From Eubacteriales bacterium (GTDB taxonomy: Bacteria > Bacillota > Clostridia > Oscillospirales > CAG-272): a stretch of 41,498 bases of DNA. Positions 37,650-41,498 of this stretch are shown in pieces; within the stretch, counting starts at the first letter, position 1; each line of letters starts with the position of its first letter. Location: assembly GCA_045534215.1 (NCBI GenBank), contig JAZSJG010000029.1, positions 1 through 41,498 on the forward strand. Direction: 5' to 3'. A model generated the notes under the pieces. The model saw nothing but the letters and a program-made list of their open reading frames with translations. It was not told where the DNA came from and ran no database searches. The translations under genes and the position numbers were made by a program.

Positions 37650-38732
37650 ATGAATAAGCTCAAAGTAGGTATTGTAGGTGCAACCGGAATGGTTGGTCAA
37701 AGGTTCGTAATGCTTCTTAACGAACATCCGTATTTTGAAATTGCAGCGGTTATTGCCGGCCCACGCTCCGCAGGACGCAAATATTCCGAGGCGGTTGAGG
37801 GAAGATGGAAGATGTCAAGCCCTTGCCCCAAAAATGTAGAGGATATGACTGTCATTTCTTCGGAGGAAATCGAGAAGATAGGCGAGCTTTGTGATTTCGT
37901 ATTCTGCGCAGTAAACATGTCAAAGGAAGAAACAAGGGAGCTCGAAACAAGATATGCAAAGGCAGAAATTCCCGTAGTTTCCAACAACTCAGCTCACAGA
38001 TGGACACCAGATGTTCCTATGGTAATTCCCGAAGTAAACGATGCCCATCTTGACGTTATTGAGTCGCAGAGAAAGCGCCTTGGAACTAAGAGGGGATTTA
38101 TTGCAGTTAAGCCGAACTGCTCTATACAGTCATACGTAGGCGCACTTACTCCTCTTCGTAAATACGGAATCAAGGAAGTCGTTGCAACTACATATCAAGC
38201 AATAAGCGGTGCAGGCAAGACCTTCCGCGAGTGGCCTGAGATGGTGGATAACCTCATACCCTTTATCGGCGGTGAAGAAGAGAAAAGCGAGCGCGAGCCG
38301 CTTCGAGTTTGGGGAGAGGTTAAAGACGGGGAAATAGTTATTGCAAACGAGCCGATTATCACCACGCAGTGCTTGAGAGTTCCCGTGAGTGACGGACATA
38401 TGGCAGCTGTTTTTGTGAAATTTGATAATAAGCCCACAAAGGAGCAGATACTCAAGGATTGGCGTGAGTTCTCAGGAAAGCCCCAGACACTCGGACTTCC
38501 TTCAGCTCCGGAACAGTTTATAACTTATTTCGAGGAAGATAACCGTCCGCAGACAAAGATTGACCGCGACCTTTACGGCGGCATGGGAGTTTCAGTCGGA
38601 AGACTGCGCGAGGATACCGTATATGACTATAAGTTTGTCGGACTTTCACACAACACCTTAAGAGGTGCTGCAGGTGGAGCAGTTCTTATTGCGGAACTTC
38701 TTTACAGAGAGGGATACCTTACAAGCAAATAA
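37650..38732 (+). CDS. asd: Aspartate-semialdehyde dehydrogenase (archaeal/eukaryote-like type)
   Basis: GATGMVGQRF, SNNSAHR, PEVN, PNCS (catalytic Cys), QAISGAG, RVPVSDGH, HNTLRGAAG; start ATG 37650 after GGAGAGG. Confidence 0.95.
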   Translation: MNKLKVGIVGATGMVGQRFVMLLNEHPYFEIAAVIAGPRSAGRKYSEAVEGRWKMSSPCPKNVEDMTVISSEEIEKIGELCDFVFCAVNMSKEETRELETRYAKAEIPVVSNNSAHRWTPDVPMVIPEVNDAHLDVIESQRKRLGTKRGFIAVKPNCSIQSYVGALTPLRKYGIKEVVATTYQAISGAGKTFREWPEMVDNLIPFIGGEEEKSEREPLRVWGEVKDGEIVIANEPIITTQCLRVPVSDGHMAAVFVKFDNKPTKEQILKDWREFSGKPQTLGLPSAPEQFITYFEEDNRPQTKIDRDLYGGMGVSVGRLREDTVYDYKFVGLSHNTLRGAAGGAVLIAELLYREGYLTSK

Positions 38733-38766
38733 TTCCGTAAACTTTCAAGATTCGGTATAAGTGAAT

Positions 38767-38820
38767 AAAAACGAGGTAGATATTGCAGGCAATACTTATA
38801 CTGCAGTCTATCTCGTTTTT
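38767..38820 (+). terminator. Terminator after asd
   Basis: AAAAACGAGGTAGA..TGCAG...CTGCA.TCTATCTCGTTTTT long imperfect hairpin ending in a T run. Confidence 0.7.
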
Positions 38821-39036
38821 GCTATTTAAGGAATGGATAATGTTGAAAACAAAAGTTGTTCATTTTTGGAGGGGCGAACTTCCGTTTTCTCTTCTTGCTC
38901 GTCAATCGAACTTCATTCCTCGAAATGCGTTTGAAAATTGGAATAAAGGGCCTCAATGACGTTTTTTTGGTTATTTTGAATAAAAGGCCGCCTTAAAATT
39001 TGACAGCTTCGGGGTGTTCAAACCGACTATTTGCTA

Positions 39037-39065
39037 TTGACAACTTTCCTATAAAAGTATATAAT
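39037..39065 (+). promoter_or_regulatory. Consensus SigA promoter of the lipoprotein triplet
   Basis: TTGACA-17bp-TATAAT, perfect consensus. Confidence 0.8.
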
Positions 39066-39118
39066 TATGTTAAGTATTTTATCTTTAATAAATAAAGAAG
39101 GGTATAATAGGTACTAAA

Positions 39119-39721
39119 ATGAAAAAAATCATATGCTTACTTCTGGTTTTGACTTGCGCTTTTACTCTATTCTCTTGTGCAGACAAAGAGATAGAAGCAC
39201 ACATTGAGCTTGTTAATGCCTCTAATCCTACGAACATCACAACTCATACATCGTACGTTTCAGAAGAGGAAACACTCAGTGGAAGATTCGTTACGGCTAT
39301 TGAAGATGATGTTTGTACTATGACTTATTCATACGAAAGACTTGCAGACCCTGTTCTTGACGGCGGTGAGGACCGAATTAAAGAGGTTGAGGGAACAGTT
39401 TATTATAAGGACGGTAAGTATTCCGAGGACGGTGAAAATTGGTCAGCGGCAAGCCCTGATAATAATCTTGTAAACATCGTTTTTGACCTTAATGTCAAGA
39501 ATCTTGGCGATTGCACACTTTCATCAGACGGGAAGACACTTTCCACTACCTTGAATGCTGAACAGGCACAGAAGGTTTTGGGTCTTACACTTCCTGCAAG
39601 CGAAGAGGGCATTTCTCTTAGCATTACACATAACGGTACATATCTTTCCTACATTGTAATTTCCTACGTTTCTACCTCAGGTGCAAACGTGATGATAGAA
39701 ACCTCATACGCATATAACTGA
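39119..39721 (+). CDS. Lipoprotein of unknown function (paralog 1)
   Basis: MKKIICLLLVLTCAFTLFSC signal peptide II; beta-rich acidic mature part. Confidence 0.8.
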   Translation: MKKIICLLLVLTCAFTLFSCADKEIEAHIELVNASNPTNITTHTSYVSEEETLSGRFVTAIEDDVCTMTYSYERLADPVLDGGEDRIKEVEGTVYYKDGKYSEDGENWSAASPDNNLVNIVFDLNVKNLGDCTLSSDGKTLSTTLNAEQAQKVLGLTLPASEEGISLSITHNGTYLSYIVISYVSTSGANVMIETSYAYN

Positions 39722-39768
39722 TAGGCGTGTTACAGTAAAAATCAACAATAGAAGAAAGGCGATATAAA

Positions 39769-40434
39769 ATGAAGAAAATAATAGCTGTCGTTTTAGCAGT
39801 TGTATGTACATTCGCTCTGTTTTCCTGTGGAGAGGACAAAGTATTTGATAATATGGACACTAAGTTCGCAGCAAGTGTTCCTACAAGAATTGTAACAACA
39901 ACCACGCAGGTAATAGGAAGCACTACTCTTAATGGAAGCTATGAGCTTAAGACTGGTTCTGTTGACGGTAAGATTGCAACAGTTGCTACTTATTCTTACG
40001 ATGAATTTAATAAAATCGATGAGGGAACAAGCGAAGAAATCACAGGTGTCATTAAGACGGTTACCGGTTCTAAAGAGTTTTACGCAGGCAAGGGCATACG
40101 TATAAATGGCGGAAGCTGGACTGACGGATACAACTTCGCTCCCACCGCGGGCTCAATAGACATAGAACTTACATCGAAAAACGTTTTAGAATATTCTTAT
40201 GAAAACAATACCTTTACATGCAAGGTTTCTAAGGAAAAAGCAGTTGAGGTTCTTGGAATCGATGTAGCTCCTTCGGCTGACGTAAACGTTGTCATTACAG
40301 ATAACGGTGCTGAAATTACATCTGTAACTATCGAATACACGGTAGTTGATGCTGATGAAAATTATCCTGATACAGTGGTTAAAATCGTTACTGAATACTA
40401 CTACGGACTTCAGGAAGTTACTTTCGTAAAGTAA
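39769..40434 (+). CDS. Lipoprotein of unknown function (paralog 2)
   Basis: MKKIIAVVLAVVCTFALFSC signal peptide II; shared motifs with neighbours. Confidence 0.8.
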   Translation: MKKIIAVVLAVVCTFALFSCGEDKVFDNMDTKFAASVPTRIVTTTTQVIGSTTLNGSYELKTGSVDGKIATVATYSYDEFNKIDEGTSEEITGVIKTVTGSKEFYAGKGIRINGGSWTDGYNFAPTAGSIDIELTSKNVLEYSYENNTFTCKVSKEKAVEVLGIDVAPSADVNVVITDNGAEITSVTIEYTVVDADENYPDTVVKIVTEYYYGLQEVTFVK

Positions 40435-40455
40435 TACGGAAAGGAATTTTAAGAA

Positions 40456-41061
40456 ATGAAAAAGCTTATAACCGTTATACTTGCGCTCGCTTGCATGTTT
40501 ACTCTCTTCTCCTGTGGAGGAGATGATGAAATTAAGAAATTCAAGACGGCACTTGATTCAACCGTTGACAATATAGAGACGGTAACAGTCGAGATAGACC
40601 TTGAAACAGCTGTTGGAACTCTTGAAGCATCATTCGTAACAAAATACAACGATGACAAGAGCTGCAAGATTGAGTATTCTTATGAAAAGCTCCTTTCTTC
40701 AAGCGAGGGAGAAAAGGACGAATGGAAGAAGACATTCACAGGAACTCTTACATGTGACAAGGACGGAAACTACTCTGACGGTGGCGATATCGCCGGTTCA
40801 AACGCATTCGTTACAGGCGCTAAAATCAACATTGATGCCAAGAAGATGACTTATACTATAGCGGGCAATGTTCTTACCGCGACTGTAAAAGCAGAGAATA
40901 CCGCAGTAGTTCTTGGCGAAGAAATTGCAGCAGATGTTCAGCTTATAATAGCTATGTCTTCCGACGGAAAAATTTCGTCTTACACTATGACGTACGAAAC
41001 AGAACAGGGCAAAACAACAATAGCTTGCGCATATGCTTACAAGGCAGCAGCTGCAGAATAA
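40456..41061 (+). CDS. Lipoprotein of unknown function (paralog 3)
   Basis: MKKLITVILALACMFTLFSC signal peptide II; shared motifs with neighbours. Confidence 0.8.
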   Translation: MKKLITVILALACMFTLFSCGGDDEIKKFKTALDSTVDNIETVTVEIDLETAVGTLEASFVTKYNDDKSCKIEYSYEKLLSSSEGEKDEWKKTFTGTLTCDKDGNYSDGGDIAGSNAFVTGAKINIDAKKMTYTIAGNVLTATVKAENTAVVLGEEIAADVQLIIAMSSDGKISSYTMTYETEQGKTTIACAYAYKAAAAE

Positions 41062-41080
41062 TTTTACAAAATAATTAAAA

Positions 41081-41127
41081 AGGGCGGGGCTTGATTTTTG
41101 TCATAGCTTCCGCCTTAAAATTTTTTA
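41081..41127 (+). terminator. Probable terminator after the lipoprotein triplet
   Basis: AGGGCGGGGCT...AGCTTCCGCCTT stem with G-U pairs, T run shortly after. Confidence 0.55.
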
Positions 41128-41221
41128 ATAAAAAATATAAGACGGCTCATTTTTTATAATTTGTACAAATTTTGTTCACATTTTGTCAATATATATCTGA
41201 TATACTATTTGAGCGCAATAC

Positions 41222-41298
41222 GGACCATTAGCTCAGTTGGTTAGAGCTACCGGCTCATAACCGGTCGGTCCTAGGTTCGAGTCCTAGATGGTCCACCA
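41222..41298 (+). tRNA. tRNA with CAT anticodon, most likely tRNA-Ile2 (lysidine-modified)
   Basis: Cloverleaf: GGACCAT/ATGGTCC acceptor stem, D loop AGTTGGTTAG, ACCGG-CTCATAA-CCGGT anticodon arm, TTCGAGT T loop, encoded CCA; GGACC acceptor stem resembles Firmicute Ile2 rather than fMet/eMet. Confidence 0.9.
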
Positions 41299-41300
41299 AC

Positions 41301-41335
41301 AAAAGAGAGATAACCGCGAGGGTTATCTCTCTTTT
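41301..41335 (+). terminator. Terminator after tRNA
   Basis: AAAAGAGAGATAACC-GCGAG-GGTTATCTCTCTTTT. Confidence 0.85.
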
Positions 41336-41498
41336 ATTTATATATCTTCGAGAGCTTGAGCCTAAACTCGACCGGTAGAGCCGCAGGCTACAAAATCAAG
41401 CCCGAGCAAGTCTATGCCGGACCCATCTCTGTGTGAGCCTTTTGCAACGAAGCCTTCCTCAGGGAAGTCGGAGGCCAAGCGTCTTAGGAAGACAATTT

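Noticed and set aside
39043-39058. ACTTT-N6-AAAGT as another HisR site
   Set aside because: Half-sites are 2 bp closer than in the four main sites and lack the inner TA/TA; treated as a separate possible operator
41222-41298. tRNA-Met (initiator or elongator) call, and tRNA as an att site
   Set aside because: The paired G1-C72 and lack of three G-C pairs in the anticodon stem argue against fMet, and the sequence resembles Ile2; no duplicated tRNA end or integrase was seen in the window

Overview
Chromosomal segment from a spore-forming, low-GC Firmicute (Clostridia, probably Oscillospirales/Ruminococcaceae-like; taxonomy inferred from gene content). Left to right: the tail of an unknown gene; a 1322-aa secreted modular protein with a heparinase II/III-like polysaccharide lyase module; a ~24 kb all-plus-strand amino-acid biosynthesis supercluster (serC-serA, ilvE, leuA-ilvB-ilvN-ilvC-ilvD-leuC-leuD-leuB, an AAA+ ATPase, ilvA, ridA, then a TrpR-family YerC/HisR regulator and hisZGDCBHAF-IE); on the minus strand a C-type-lectin/GLUG-repeat lipoprotein, kdgK and an AbrB-family regulator; a complete spoIIIAA-AH operon; asd; three tandem paralogous lipoproteins; and a tRNA with a CAT anticodon (probably Ile2). 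No mobile element, CRISPR array, T-box or recognisable riboswitch was seen. The most notable observation is a palindromic motif, TTTA-N6-TAAAGT, resembling the HisR/YerC operator. It lies at the his promoter and also at the serC, leuA-ilv and asd promoters, suggesting the local TrpR-family regulator controls several amino-acid pathways. All calls come from reading the sequence and recognising protein motifs; no database searches were run.
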